Shown: piece after piece, positions 36,985-46,011 of the stretch
How positions within the stretch are numbered: position 1 is the stretch's first letter
Layout of the letters: every line of letters begins with the position of its first letter
DNA from: a virus
Length of the DNA: 64,000 nt
Strand: one strand, 5' to 3'
Virus record (IMG/VR): IMGVR_UViG_3300036860_000514
Coordinates: 8,038-72,037 of that record
The notes under the pieces: generated by a model
The model's input: only the letters and a program-made list of their open reading frames with translations
Databases searched by the model: none
What the model was told of the DNA's origin: nothing
Position numbers and translations under genes: made by a program

Positions 36985-39127
36985 TTTCTCAAGCTCCGGC
37001 ATCCTCGATCTGCCGGCGACCTCCGCCGAGGCCCTGCAGCGGGGCGATCCGCGCGTCCTCGGCTGGATCAAGGAAGCGATCCAGGAAGGCGATCTGATCA
37101 ACAGATCCGATCCCTCCTACGACACGATCGGCCGCGCGCAAGCGTACATCGTCGGCGAACAACTCTCGCCTGAGCATCGACGACTCAAGTACCTCCCGCA
37201 GGTGATCGTCAACGAATCGCGCAAGGCGATGCAGGCGCATGTCTCGGCGTTGACCGACCTGAAACCTCTTGCCGGCTGGAAGAGCAGTCCCGAGTATCAG
37301 GTCCAAGCGGATCTCCTCAACAAGTACCTGCTCTACGAGTGGGTCAGCTTTTTCTTCGACATCGAGCTCGGCGAAGGGATCAAGTACGCGCTGGCCGGCG
37401 GCACGGGCGATCTCGTCGTCGAGTGGGATCCGCACATCCCACTCGGCGGGGGCAATACACTCTCCGCGCGAGACCCGCGCGACACGCTGCCGATCCGCCC
37501 GTCCAAGCACCGATCGCCCCAACTCTGGGAAGGCGTGATCCTCCGCGAAGGGCACACGGTCAACGTGCTGCGCGCGATGTACCCCACCAAGCAGTACCTC
37601 TTCAAACCGTCGACCGAATCCGCGCTCGGCACCGTCATGGGGCGCTTCCGCACGCTCCTCTCTCGGCTGCTCACGCCGGCCGACCCCCTCGATCTGATCG
37701 GACAACGCGCCCCGCATTCCCGCGCGCTCCAGCCGGGCGGGATCGTGCTCTACCGTGTCTATCTGAAAGATCGCACGCGCAATCTCACGAGCGCGCCGAT
37801 TCCGATGGGCACTCCCGGCTCGGCGTGGAGCTATGTCGTCGGGCCAAATCAGCCACTCTATCCGCGCGGCCGCCTGATCGTGGCGACCGATGACGCGATT
37901 ATCTGGGATGGCGGGCAAACCTACTGGCATGGGATGTTCCCGATCGCGCGGCTGATGCTCTGGTCGCTGCCGTGGCAGTTCCTCGGGATTCCGCTCTTTA
38001 ACGATCTCCTGCCGGTGCAGGATGCGATCAACGACACGGTGCACGATATCCGCCTGGGGATCCGGCAGTGGATGGATCCCGACATCGTGTACAACCGCAA
38101 TGCCGTCTCCGAGACGACCATGCGCCTGCTCGACCCGCGCCGGCCAGGCAAGCGCATCAAAGTGCAGCCCGGCTTCGGCGAGCCCTACGAACGCAAGGAA
38201 GGCCCGAACCCGCAGGTACTCTCGCTCGCCCTCGAGCTCTGGCAGCAGCTCACCCAGAAATTCACGGACCTGTCCGGGACCGCGAATCTCTCGGCGCTCC
38301 TCCAACTACGCCAGCTTCCGTCGGCCGACACGATCCAGAAGTATTACGAAGCCCTCACGCCGGAGATCCGCTTCGAGGCCCGCATGATCGAGGCCTTCCT
38401 GCGCGACCTCTCGGAGATGATCAAGGTCAACTATTTCCAGTTCCTCAGCAGCGCCAAACGTGTCCAGATCCTCGGGGTCGGCGGGACCATGCTGAGCGAC
38501 TTCGACTATGACCCGGGCAAGCTGGTGCCCGCTCTCAAATCCGGGGATCCCGGCTACACGCCCGAGCTCGACGCTGACCTGACGACCGCGGATCAACGCG
38601 CGCAGTTCTTCCATAAGCAGTTCGTGTTCGTCGTCGCGCCCAACAGTGTCCTCGCCATCAACGCCACGGAAACCAAGATGGTCCGCCTGCAGTTGTCCCG
38701 GCAGGGCTATTACGATTTCTGGTCGCTGCACGAGACCTTGGAAACGCCGAACGTGGGGGCGCCGCCCGCGATTCCGCTGCCTCCGCTCGAGTCGCCGCCG
38801 CCCACGGTCCTGATGGGGCTGATCGGCCAGGCGACGCAGATGGCCGGCCAGATGGCGCAGGCAGGCGGCGCCGGCATGATGCAGCCCATGGCGCCTCCGC
38901 AGTTCACCGATCCCCAGACCGGCCGCACCTTCACCCTTGACCCCGGCTCCGGCCAGCTCCTCGAGATCCGCATTCCCACGACGGTGACCGAGCGTCTCAT
39001 GGCGCAAGCCCTCGTCGGGATCGGCCAGACCGTCTCTCCGGTCGGCCGCAAAGCGACTGGACAGGAAGCACCCCAACAGGAAACGAAGAGCGACGGGCGA
39101 ACCACGATCACCGAATCCGCACACTAA
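36977..39127 (+). CDS. Portal protein (P22-like size/position)
   Basis: 716 aa after TerL; YPRGRLIV, PWQFLGIPL..DLLPVQDAIN. Confidence 0.82.
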   Translation: MADFSSSGILDLPATSAEALQRGDPRVLGWIKEAIQEGDLINRSDPSYDTIGRAQAYIVGEQLSPEHRRLKYLPQVIVNESRKAMQAHVSALTDLKPLAGWKSSPEYQVQADLLNKYLLYEWVSFFFDIELGEGIKYALAGGTGDLVVEWDPHIPLGGGNTLSARDPRDTLPIRPSKHRSPQLWEGVILREGHTVNVLRAMYPTKQYLFKPSTESALGTVMGRFRTLLSRLLTPADPLDLIGQRAPHSRALQPGGIVLYRVYLKDRTRNLTSAPIPMGTPGSAWSYVVGPNQPLYPRGRLIVATDDAIIWDGGQTYWHGMFPIARLMLWSLPWQFLGIPLFNDLLPVQDAINDTVHDIRLGIRQWMDPDIVYNRNAVSETTMRLLDPRRPGKRIKVQPGFGEPYERKEGPNPQVLSLALELWQQLTQKFTDLSGTANLSALLQLRQLPSADTIQKYYEALTPEIRFEARMIEAFLRDLSEMIKVNYFQFLSSAKRVQILGVGGTMLSDFDYDPGKLVPALKSGDPGYTPELDADLTTADQRAQFFHKQFVFVVAPNSVLAINATETKMVRLQLSRQGYYDFWSLHETLETPNVGAPPAIPLPPLESPPPTVLMGLIGQATQMAGQMAQAGGAGMMQPMAPPQFTDPQTGRTFTLDPGSGQLLEIRIPTTVTERLMAQALVGIGQTVSPVGRKATGQEAPQQETKSDGRTTITESAH

Positions 39128-39189
39128 GGGCTTGACAACACCCCGGTGAGTGTCCGACGCTGTCCCGTGAGTGACCTGACAGTCAGGTC
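39126..39189 (+). promoter_or_regulatory. Late promoter candidate + perfect 17-bp palindrome
   Basis: AAGGGC-TTGACA-18 nt-GACGCT; GACCTGAC-A-GTCAGGTC at 39173-39189. Confidence 0.55.
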
Positions 39190-39197
39190 CAGTACTG

Positions 39198-39398
39198 ATG
39201 TGCAGTCCTGTCACCTCATCGATGAAGACGCAGGCTGATCGCGACTATCAGGCAGAGAGTGATCACCGCACGATGACGCAGGCGGCAGAGATCACCGCGG
39301 ACCGGAAACGCCTGGCCGGCGTCCGCCGTCATCACGGCAAGGAACAGAAGAAACTCGCCCTGGTCCAGCGATCGGTTCTGCAGGCCGGGAGACGCTGA
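39198..39398 (+). CDS. Small basic protein (ends LQAGRR)
   Basis: DYQAESDHRTM..AAEI..D.KR motif; start may be 39222. Confidence 0.65.
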   Translation: MCSPVTSSMKTQADRDYQAESDHRTMTQAAEITADRKRLAGVRRHHGKEQKKLALVQRSVLQAGRR

Positions 39399-39646
39399 TG
39401 GCCAATGGGAAGGACGCAAGATCCGACGAGAAGCCGGTCGGCCAATACGATCCGAACCGTGCTCGTCGTGTGATGGCGACCGCCACTCCCGAGTACTTCG
39501 CCGGACGCATCCGGCGCAAGCTCTCCGACGCCGGCGAGAGTGCGATGGCGGCCGGTCGGAGTTTCCGCCGGAGTTTCAGCTCGGATAACCCCGGCGTGCA
39601 GAGCATCGCCCGCACGCTGCTCGGCAGTGGAGGCCGTCGACGCTGA
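39398..39646 (+). CDS. Small basic protein (ends GSGGRRR)
   Basis: TGATG coupling. Confidence 0.6.
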   Translation: MANGKDARSDEKPVGQYDPNRARRVMATATPEYFAGRIRRKLSDAGESAMAAGRSFRRSFSSDNPGVQSIARTLLGSGGRRR

Positions 39647-39831
39647 TGGCCGAGAAGAAATGGATCGCCGGCGCCATCAAACACCCGGGGGCCCTGCATA
39701 AACAACTCGGGGTCCCCGAGGGAAAGACGATCCCCGCGAAGACGCTCTCGAAGGCGGCGCAGTCGGGCGGTACGCTCGGGCGCCGCGCGCGCCTCGCCCA
39801 GACGCTCAAAGGCTTTCATCGAGGACGCTGA
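39646..39831 (+). CDS. Small basic conserved phage protein (KWI..AIKHPGAL family)
   Basis: KKWIAGAIKHPGALHKQLGVP...RARLAQTL. Confidence 0.75.
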   Translation: MAEKKWIAGAIKHPGALHKQLGVPEGKTIPAKTLSKAAQSGGTLGRRARLAQTLKGFHRGR

Positions 39832-40019
39832 TGGCTGCCAGTCCTGGCAAGGTCGGCACCGTGATGCACGAGTTCAAGCACGGCACCCTCCGATCGGGGT
39901 CTGATCGGGGCCCGCGCGTGACCTCGCGCAAACAAGCCATCGCGATCGGGTTGAGTGAAGCGCGGAAGGCGGGCGAGAAGGTGCCGAGCAAGCCGCGATC
40001 GCTGGGAGGACGACGCTAG
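39831..40019 (+). CDS. DUF6496-like small basic protein
   Basis: KVGTVMHEFKHGTLRSG...VTSRKQAIAIGLSEAR. Confidence 0.8.
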   Translation: MAASPGKVGTVMHEFKHGTLRSGSDRGPRVTSRKQAIAIGLSEARKAGEKVPSKPRSLGGRR

Positions 40020-40291
40020 TGGCCAATATCACGAGCGCGAAGACGGGGGCGGAGGGGGGCGAGTCGCTGCGTGCGGCGATCCCGAAGGCTGCCAGGGCCC
40101 TCACCAAGGCGGCTAATCAGGATGAGATCGTTCGACGCGTCCGTGACAAGACGATGCGGAGCCTGCAGCCGGGCGACATTGAACTGGAGAGTGGGGAGAC
40201 CGTGACGCGTCCGATGACGCACGTGCGCGGGCTCTCGGTCCGTCGGCAGCTCGCCGGCCGGCGCTCTCACGGCAGGGGCGGGAGCTGGTGA
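40019..40291 (+). CDS. Small basic protein
   Basis: TAGTG coupling; MRSLQPGDIEL. Confidence 0.6.
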   Translation: MANITSAKTGAEGGESLRAAIPKAARALTKAANQDEIVRRVRDKTMRSLQPGDIELESGETVTRPMTHVRGLSVRRQLAGRRSHGRGGSW

Positions 40292-40510
40292 ATGGAGCAT
40301 CTTTCCGACCTCTGGGATCGAATCCAGGCTCAGCGTCGCGATCGGCAGATGCGTAGTCTGCAGAAAGGCGACATCGAGCTCCCGAACAAGGGCCCGATCG
40401 ATCCACGCCTGCGCACGCCTGAGAAGCCCGATGTCTCCAAGGCCCTCTCGCGAGCGGTCGAAGGCGTCGGGATCCTGCGGAAGAAAGGCCTACTCGGAGG
40501 CAAGCGATGA
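40292..40510 (+). CDS. Small basic protein (ends LLGGKR)
   Basis: MRSLQKGDIEL. Confidence 0.6.
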   Translation: MEHLSDLWDRIQAQRRDRQMRSLQKGDIELPNKGPIDPRLRTPEKPDVSKALSRAVEGVGILRKKGLLGGKR

Positions 40511-40590
40511 AGATGACCGGCGGCAAGAGTAAGTCCTTCGGCGGCAAAAAGATCATGGGGGCGAAGCCGCTCAAGGGCGGGAAGCGATAG
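40507..40590 (+). CDS. 27-aa Lys/Gly peptide MKMTGGKSKSFGGKKIMGAKPLKGGKR
   Basis: ATGA overlap with GGAGG SD; exactly fills the gap; below ORF-track cutoff. Confidence 0.55.
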   Translation: MKMTGGKSKSFGGKKIMGAKPLKGGKR

Positions 40591-40593
40591 CCG

Positions 40594-40977
40594 ATGTTTT
40601 CCTCTCAGCCCGGATCCTCGGGGCTCGGCCAACCACCACCCTCGCCGACGCCGATGGGCGGGGTCAATGGCACGGATCCGTTCAGTGCCGCGAGCCTCAC
40701 CGGCGGAGGCCCGACGCAGATCCCGAGTAACCGGCTGCCTCCGGAAGTCATCACCGGTGTCACCGCCTCATTTCAGAAAGTCATTGAGGTGGTCAACAGC
40801 GCCGTGCAGGTGACGCCGGATAAGGCGGCCCAACTCGGCATGATCGTCGATCTCATCAATCGCTATCTCTCGGATCTCCAAGTGGCAGGGGCTCAACCAC
40901 TGTCTCCGACCGCAACCGGCCCGGCCTTTCCTGGCGGAGGTTTCGATCGGGGCGTCTCGGGCGCCGGCGCCATCTGA
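40594..40977 (+). CDS. Hypothetical Pro/Gly-rich head-region protein
   Basis: Position before scaffold. Confidence 0.65.
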   Translation: MFSSQPGSSGLGQPPPSPTPMGGVNGTDPFSAASLTGGGPTQIPSNRLPPEVITGVTASFQKVIEVVNSAVQVTPDKAAQLGMIVDLINRYLSDLQVAGAQPLSPTATGPAFPGGGFDRGVSGAGAI

Positions 40978-40985
40978 GGAGGAGT

Positions 40986-41828
40986 ATGCCACTCAGTAAA
41001 TCTGCACAAGCTGGCCTGACCTTTCTGCAGGGCTGGGCGCCGACGCTGCCGGAAGCCTTCCGAGCCGAGGTGAGCGCACTGCTGACCAAGATCACGAGCA
41101 CGCCGGAGGCTGAGATCGAACCCTCGCTGCGCTATGTCGGCGACGGGGCGATGGCCCGCCCGGACTACTCGCGCGCCATGAACGACCTCGCGGAGAAAAC
41201 CAAGGAGCTCGATGCCATCGCGCAAGAGCACACCCAGTGGTACGCGGAGAACAAAGACGCCCTCACGGAGTACGTCCGGATCAAGCCGGAGTACGACAAG
41301 TTGAAGGGCAACGGGCATCCCAACCCGAATCCCAACCCCAACCCCACCCCGAATCTGGATGCGAAGGGCCTGACCTCTGATCAGCTCGCCGAGGAGCTCG
41401 AGCGGCGAGACCGGAGCTACGCCAGCGTCTTGGCCTTCGGGGTCAGCCTCGCTCAGCGCCACTTCGCGATGTTCAACGAAGCGCTCGACATGGGCGAGCT
41501 GGTCGCCGATCCGCGGATCGGACAAGCGGTGAAGGGACAACCGGGACGGGTCTTCGGGCTCCAGGATGCCTACAACGCGAAGTACGGGGAGCGGGTCCAG
41601 CAGAAAGCGCAGGAGGCTGAGACCGCTCGCATCAATAAACTCGTCGAGGAACGGCTCGTGGAGGAACGGAAGAAGCAGCCGCTCCAGCAGCCCTATCCGC
41701 TCGCCCGATCCGAACCCTCGGCACTCGACGCACTCGCGACCAAAGACGGCCCTGCCGCGCACACGATCGACACCGCCGTCGCGGAGTACGAACGGCTCCA
41801 GCAGGCTCGTCTCAGCGCGTCGCCGTAG
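40986..41828 (+). CDS. Putative scaffolding protein
   Basis: Helical/coiled-coil, DYSR motif, immediately upstream of capsid; GAGGAGGAG SD. Confidence 0.65.
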   Translation: MPLSKSAQAGLTFLQGWAPTLPEAFRAEVSALLTKITSTPEAEIEPSLRYVGDGAMARPDYSRAMNDLAEKTKELDAIAQEHTQWYAENKDALTEYVRIKPEYDKLKGNGHPNPNPNPNPTPNLDAKGLTSDQLAEELERRDRSYASVLAFGVSLAQRHFAMFNEALDMGELVADPRIGQAVKGQPGRVFGLQDAYNAKYGERVQQKAQEAETARINKLVEERLVEERKKQPLQQPYPLARSEPSALDALATKDGPAAHTIDTAVAEYERLQQARLSASP

Positions 41829-41845
41829 TGCGGGGAGGAGTCCCC

Positions 41846-43012
41846 GTGATCCGTCGTCTGCGGGATCTGCTCGCCTGGGCACGATCCCATCCGCGCCTCG
41901 TCGCACTCAGCGTCTGGGCGCTCGCCACCTATCTCCATCCGGATGCGGCGTACCTCGGGATCATCCTGGCGATCCAACTCGACGACGTCAACACGACGAC
42001 GACGAAAGAGATCGTACCCGGGGTGGTCGACAACTACTTCAAAGCGGGTCCCTTCATCGCCATGGCGAAGGCTCGCTTCACGCGCAAGTGGATCGGGCCC
42101 CAGATTCAAGAGAACTACATGTACAAGCCGATGAAAGGCGGCGCGTACAAGAAGGGGGCCAGCTTCAACACCGACCGCCGGCAGACCCGCACGGGCCTGC
42201 TCTTCACGCCTCGCTACTATCAGTGCAACGTCACCGAGTTCCTCGAGGACATCGAAGTCGAGATGGCCGGCCCGCGCGCCGCCTTCTCGGTGATTCGCAC
42301 CGACATGCAACAGGCCGCGCTGACGATCTCCGCGATTCTCGAGATCGCCGCCTTCCATCACGGGCAGAATCTCGCCGGTGATGATCGCTCGGCGGAGATC
42401 CAGGGAGTCGAGGAAGCGCTCAACGACGGCAGCAACGCGAGCATCTTCGGCAACGTCTTCCCCTCCTACGGAGGCCAGACGCGCGCCGATGTCTCGCCGG
42501 CGCTGAATCCGCCGACGGGACTCGTCGCGGCGAGCGTCTCGCAAATGAGCTATCGCGCGCTGCGCCATAGCTACTTCTCGACCATCATCGGCAACGAACG
42601 CCCGACGGTGGGGATTACCACCAACCGCAACATGGGCTTCATCGCCGAAAACTTCCTGCCCCATCAGATCGTGGATACGACCCAGCCCGAGATCAACTGG
42701 CCGGGCATGAAATTCGATCAAGCCACGATCGTGATGTCGCAGTACGCCCCAGGGCAGGACGGCGTCAACGACCCGGATCTGGGGAACTACAACGCCACGA
42801 CTGAGAGCTTCTACTGGCTCAACTTCGGGCCGCAGGGGGACGACGCCTACATCCGCCTCTACATCGCGCAGAGTTCGAAGTTCGCGTTTGGCTTCACGGG
42901 CTTCAAGGGCGCACGTGGGGACAACCAGGTCTCCGGCCAGATCCTCTTCGCCGGCAATCTGACCTTCCGCGCCGTGCGGCTGTCCCGCGCGATGTTCGGC
43001 TTCACGAGCTAG
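41846..43012 (+). CDS. Major capsid protein with ~40-aa hydrophobic N-terminal leader
   Basis: Size/position; VVDNYFK.GP, GDD...I.G, GRTRAD-like, C-terminal GQILFAGNL; GTG with GGAGGAG. Confidence 0.8.
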   Translation: MIRRLRDLLAWARSHPRLVALSVWALATYLHPDAAYLGIILAIQLDDVNTTTTKEIVPGVVDNYFKAGPFIAMAKARFTRKWIGPQIQENYMYKPMKGGAYKKGASFNTDRRQTRTGLLFTPRYYQCNVTEFLEDIEVEMAGPRAAFSVIRTDMQQAALTISAILEIAAFHHGQNLAGDDRSAEIQGVEEALNDGSNASIFGNVFPSYGGQTRADVSPALNPPTGLVAASVSQMSYRALRHSYFSTIIGNERPTVGITTNRNMGFIAENFLPHQIVDTTQPEINWPGMKFDQATIVMSQYAPGQDGVNDPDLGNYNATTESFYWLNFGPQGDDAYIRLYIAQSSKFAFGFTGFKGARGDNQVSGQILFAGNLTFRAVRLSRAMFGFTS

Positions 43013-43021
43013 GAGGCAGAC

Positions 43022-43585
43022 ATGGCGATTGGTAAAGATATTCCTGTCTACCTCCAGTCCGGGGATCCGGAGAAGGAACATACACCGACGCTCCATGCGT
43101 CGGGTCTGCTGGGCGCGACCTTCACGATCACCCAGCCCCATCGCAGCCCGCCCGGCCCCGAAGACGGGCGGCAGAAGGGCTATCGGCTCGTGCAGACCGA
43201 CTCCACCATGTCCGTGGCCCCGTACAAGGGCGCCGTCGCCTGGTGGGCGGACAAAGCGCGCTACCTCGTCACGACGGCCGCGACCAACCGGAATCGGATC
43301 GCTGGTACCTTTCAGAACGCCCCGCCCGACAATATCGCGCCGGGCGAGTACTGCTGCGTCCAGATCAAGGGACCGGCATCGGTCAAGCTCCTCGACGCCG
43401 ATATGGCCGCCGTCGCGATCGGCGATTTCATCATCCCGTCCTCGACTGCGGGCAAGGCCACGCGAGTCGCGGTCGGCACGGCCCCGACGCATGCGACGCT
43501 CGGGCAGGTGGCTGGTCCGGCACTCAGCACGACCCCTGCAGAAGCGCTCGTCGTCGTCGACCTGAACGTCGACGATACGTTCTAA
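43022..43585 (+). CDS. Capsid decoration/cement-like protein
   Basis: After MCP; YRLVQ, GEYCCVQ.KG. Confidence 0.6.
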   Translation: MAIGKDIPVYLQSGDPEKEHTPTLHASGLLGATFTITQPHRSPPGPEDGRQKGYRLVQTDSTMSVAPYKGAVAWWADKARYLVTTAATNRNRIAGTFQNAPPDNIAPGEYCCVQIKGPASVKLLDADMAAVAIGDFIIPSSTAGKATRVAVGTAPTHATLGQVAGPALSTTPAEALVVVDLNVDDTF

Positions 43586-43596
43586 GGAGGTCGCTG

Positions 43597-43896
43597 ATGC
43601 CACTGGACACGACGACCATCCCGGATCGGCATGATCGGAGCGGATCGAAGACGCGGAAGATCCTCCGCGTCACCGGGCCGACCAGCTATGCGACCGGCGG
43701 CGAGGCCCTCGATCTCGGGATCGGGCGCCCCGAGCTCGTGCTGCCGGAGTGTGCCACCAACGGGACCGATCTCCGGCTCGTGCAGTGGGACTACACGAAT
43801 AAGAAGCTGAAGTGGTTCGACCTCGCCGGCGCGGAGATCGCGGCGACGACGAACCTCTCCACCTACGCGGCACGCGTCGAAGTCATCGGGGTCTGA
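43597..43896 (+). CDS. Virion structural protein
   Basis: GPTSYATGGEAL; AAGGAGG SD. Confidence 0.65.
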   Translation: MPLDTTTIPDRHDRSGSKTRKILRVTGPTSYATGGEALDLGIGRPELVLPECATNGTDLRLVQWDYTNKKLKWFDLAGAEIAATTNLSTYAARVEVIGV

Positions 43897-43899
43897 GCC

Positions 43900-44847
43900 G
43901 TGGCCCAGACGTATGCGGACGTGTGGCGGGCCGTCAAGCTCCACGCGTCCGCCGCCCCGCTCTTTCTCGTACGGGAGTGGGTCAACGACGCCTGGAAGAC
44001 CCTCACGCGCCACCGGGGCGGGCAGTGGGTCTTCCTGCGTACGCAAGCGGCCCTGACGATTGCGGCCGCCCGGTCAGTCGCCGTGACCGTGACGACCGGA
44101 TCGACGACGGTCACGAGTGCCGGGCTCTTCGTGGCAGGGGATGCCGGGCGCCAGCTCCGCATCGCGACCTTTCCCTTCTACACGATCACCGTCGTGACGG
44201 ATGCGAACACGATCACGCTTGACCGAGCGTACGGAGAGGATTCCGCGACGGCGACCGCGCAGATCTTCGACGGCTACTTTGTCACGCCGGCCGACTTCGG
44301 GCAGTTCGACTTGATCGCGGATCCCTACAACCAACGCCGGCTCGCCTTCTGGATCTCGCAGGACGAGTTGAATCTCCTCGACCCCACACGGCAAGCTGGG
44401 GATACCGGCCCGCGCCTGCTCGCGACGGCGATGCCCTCGACGGCGACCGCCACGCTCGGGCGGATCCAGTACGAGTACTGGCCTCGTCCCACGAGCGCGC
44501 GGAGTTTCCCGTACTACTACTTCAAGCGGGGCGCGAACCTGGCCGACAGCTTCACCTTCAGCGGTGTGCTCGCCGACGCCGGCGACGTGCTGCAGAAAGG
44601 GGCGCTCGCCCAGGCGGCACGCTGGCCCGGGACCTCGGATAAACCGAATCCCTACTTCAACCTCGGGCTGGCCGATCGATTGGACAAAGACTTCGCGGAT
44701 GGGATGCAGAAGCTGAGTCTCGCCGATGACAATCAACAGGGGAGCGACCTCCAGCGCGTCCACTGGGACCGCTGGCCGCTCGCCGATCTAGCCTACAACG
44801 ACGCGTCGTTGCGCGCGAGCGATGCGACCGTCGACGATCTGTTCTAG
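43900..44847 (+). CDS. Head-tail adaptor-like protein with inserted beta domain
   Basis: WVNDAW, P.DF, YWPRP, L.KGALA. Confidence 0.55.
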   Translation: MAQTYADVWRAVKLHASAAPLFLVREWVNDAWKTLTRHRGGQWVFLRTQAALTIAAARSVAVTVTTGSTTVTSAGLFVAGDAGRQLRIATFPFYTITVVTDANTITLDRAYGEDSATATAQIFDGYFVTPADFGQFDLIADPYNQRRLAFWISQDELNLLDPTRQAGDTGPRLLATAMPSTATATLGRIQYEYWPRPTSARSFPYYYFKRGANLADSFTFSGVLADAGDVLQKGALAQAARWPGTSDKPNPYFNLGLADRLDKDFADGMQKLSLADDNQQGSDLQRVHWDRWPLADLAYNDASLRASDATVDDLF

Positions 44848-44856
44848 GAGCACATC

Positions 44857-45150
44857 ATGCCGACTGGAGATCTGAAGACCCCGTTCACGAACTACGTCGC
44901 CCCCATGCCCGACATGGCTGGGAATGGCGTGACGTCTCGCGGCACCGATCCGATGGTCGACACCGGCGGCTCGGGCGCGATTCAAACGCCCTTCGAGAAG
45001 CCGATCCTCTCGAATTTCGATGGACAGGAGACAGCCAACTCCGTCTCGAATCTCCCGCTGCAGCCGAATCGGTTCGAGCCGAACGAGACGCCACCCGAGC
45101 CCCCGACCCTGAAGGATCGCAACCCGAGCCCCGACGTGACGAAGTCGTAG
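44857..45150 (+). CDS. Hypothetical Pro-rich protein
   Basis: AGGAG SD. Confidence 0.65.
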   Translation: MPTGDLKTPFTNYVAPMPDMAGNGVTSRGTDPMVDTGGSGAIQTPFEKPILSNFDGQETANSVSNLPLQPNRFEPNETPPEPPTLKDRNPSPDVTKS

Positions 45151-45154
45151 ACCG

Positions 45155-45469
45155 ATGGCTGCGAAGGACTATCAGATCGTGCTCGCCGCCGCGGCCAAGC
45201 GGCTCAGCGACGTCTATGCCAACCCGGCAGTGGGTGGGCCGGATGATATTCCGTACCGCCAACTGTTCTTGTCGGCAGAGGCCGCGGTCGCCTACATCGG
45301 GAATGCGAGTGACGTGACCTCGACTAACTACGGGGCGCGCGCGGAGGTTGGTGCCGCGGGGAGCCAACCCCTCATGATCGGGGCGTTTGATACCGGGCCC
45401 ATCAAGCTCTCCGATCTATGGGCGGCGGGCGCCGGCTCGACCCTGCACATCCTCGGCATTCCGTTCTGA
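45155..45469 (+). CDS. Virion structural protein (beta-rich)
   Basis: Late operon position. Confidence 0.65.
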   Translation: MAAKDYQIVLAAAAKRLSDVYANPAVGGPDDIPYRQLFLSAEAAVAYIGNASDVTSTNYGARAEVGAAGSQPLMIGAFDTGPIKLSDLWAAGAGSTLHILGIPF

Positions 45470-45474
45470 GGGCG

Positions 45475-46011
45475 ATGCCGGCATGGCGCGCGATCGTGTC
45501 CGCCTGGATGGCTCGCCTCCGCCGCGCCCTCCACGTCCTGCGGAAGGTCCCGATCGTGCCGGGGAATAGCTTCGTCGTCGCGACGATCTCGACGGCGCAC
45601 TTCACGGGCGCGCTGGCTCAGAATGCGGCTGAGGGGATCGATCTCGACCTGCCGATGTCGATTGCGGCCGGGCTGCACAGCCGGTCCTTGGTCCGCCAAG
45701 TCATCGTGAAGAGCGTCCAGAATCTCGACTGGGAGATCTACCTCTTCGACCGGGGCACCAAACACACCGAGCTCGACCCGGATCGCAATGGCTTTCTCGG
45801 CCATTGGCGGCTCACGGCGAGCCAGGGCTTGCGGATCGGGGCGACGGGGCTGTTTTATTATTACGTCGATGGCCTCGCCGTGCCCTACGAAGATCGGGAT
45901 CAGCAGGGACGGCTCCATCTCGTGCTGATCAACCGGAGTGCGACCGCGAAGGACGCGGGGGCTCCCGGTGCCCTCACGATCCAGTTTCGATTGGAGCCGA
46001 CCTATGGGTAA
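45475..46011 (+). CDS. Virion structural protein
   Basis: Late operon; stop overlaps next gene. Confidence 0.6.
   Translation: MPAWRAIVSAWMARLRRALHVLRKVPIVPGNSFVVATISTAHFTGALAQNAAEGIDLDLPMSIAAGLHSRSLVRQVIVKSVQNLDWEIYLFDRGTKHTELDPDRNGFLGHWRLTASQGLRIGATGLFYYYVDGLAVPYEDRDQQGRLHLVLINRSATAKDAGAPGALTIQFRLEPTYG

Noticed and set aside
41318-41355. PNPNPNPNPTPN repeat in scaffold
   Set aside because: Ordinary low-complexity linker
41693-43603. 636-aa minus-strand ORF
   Set aside because: Antisense shadow of the capsid and decoration genes
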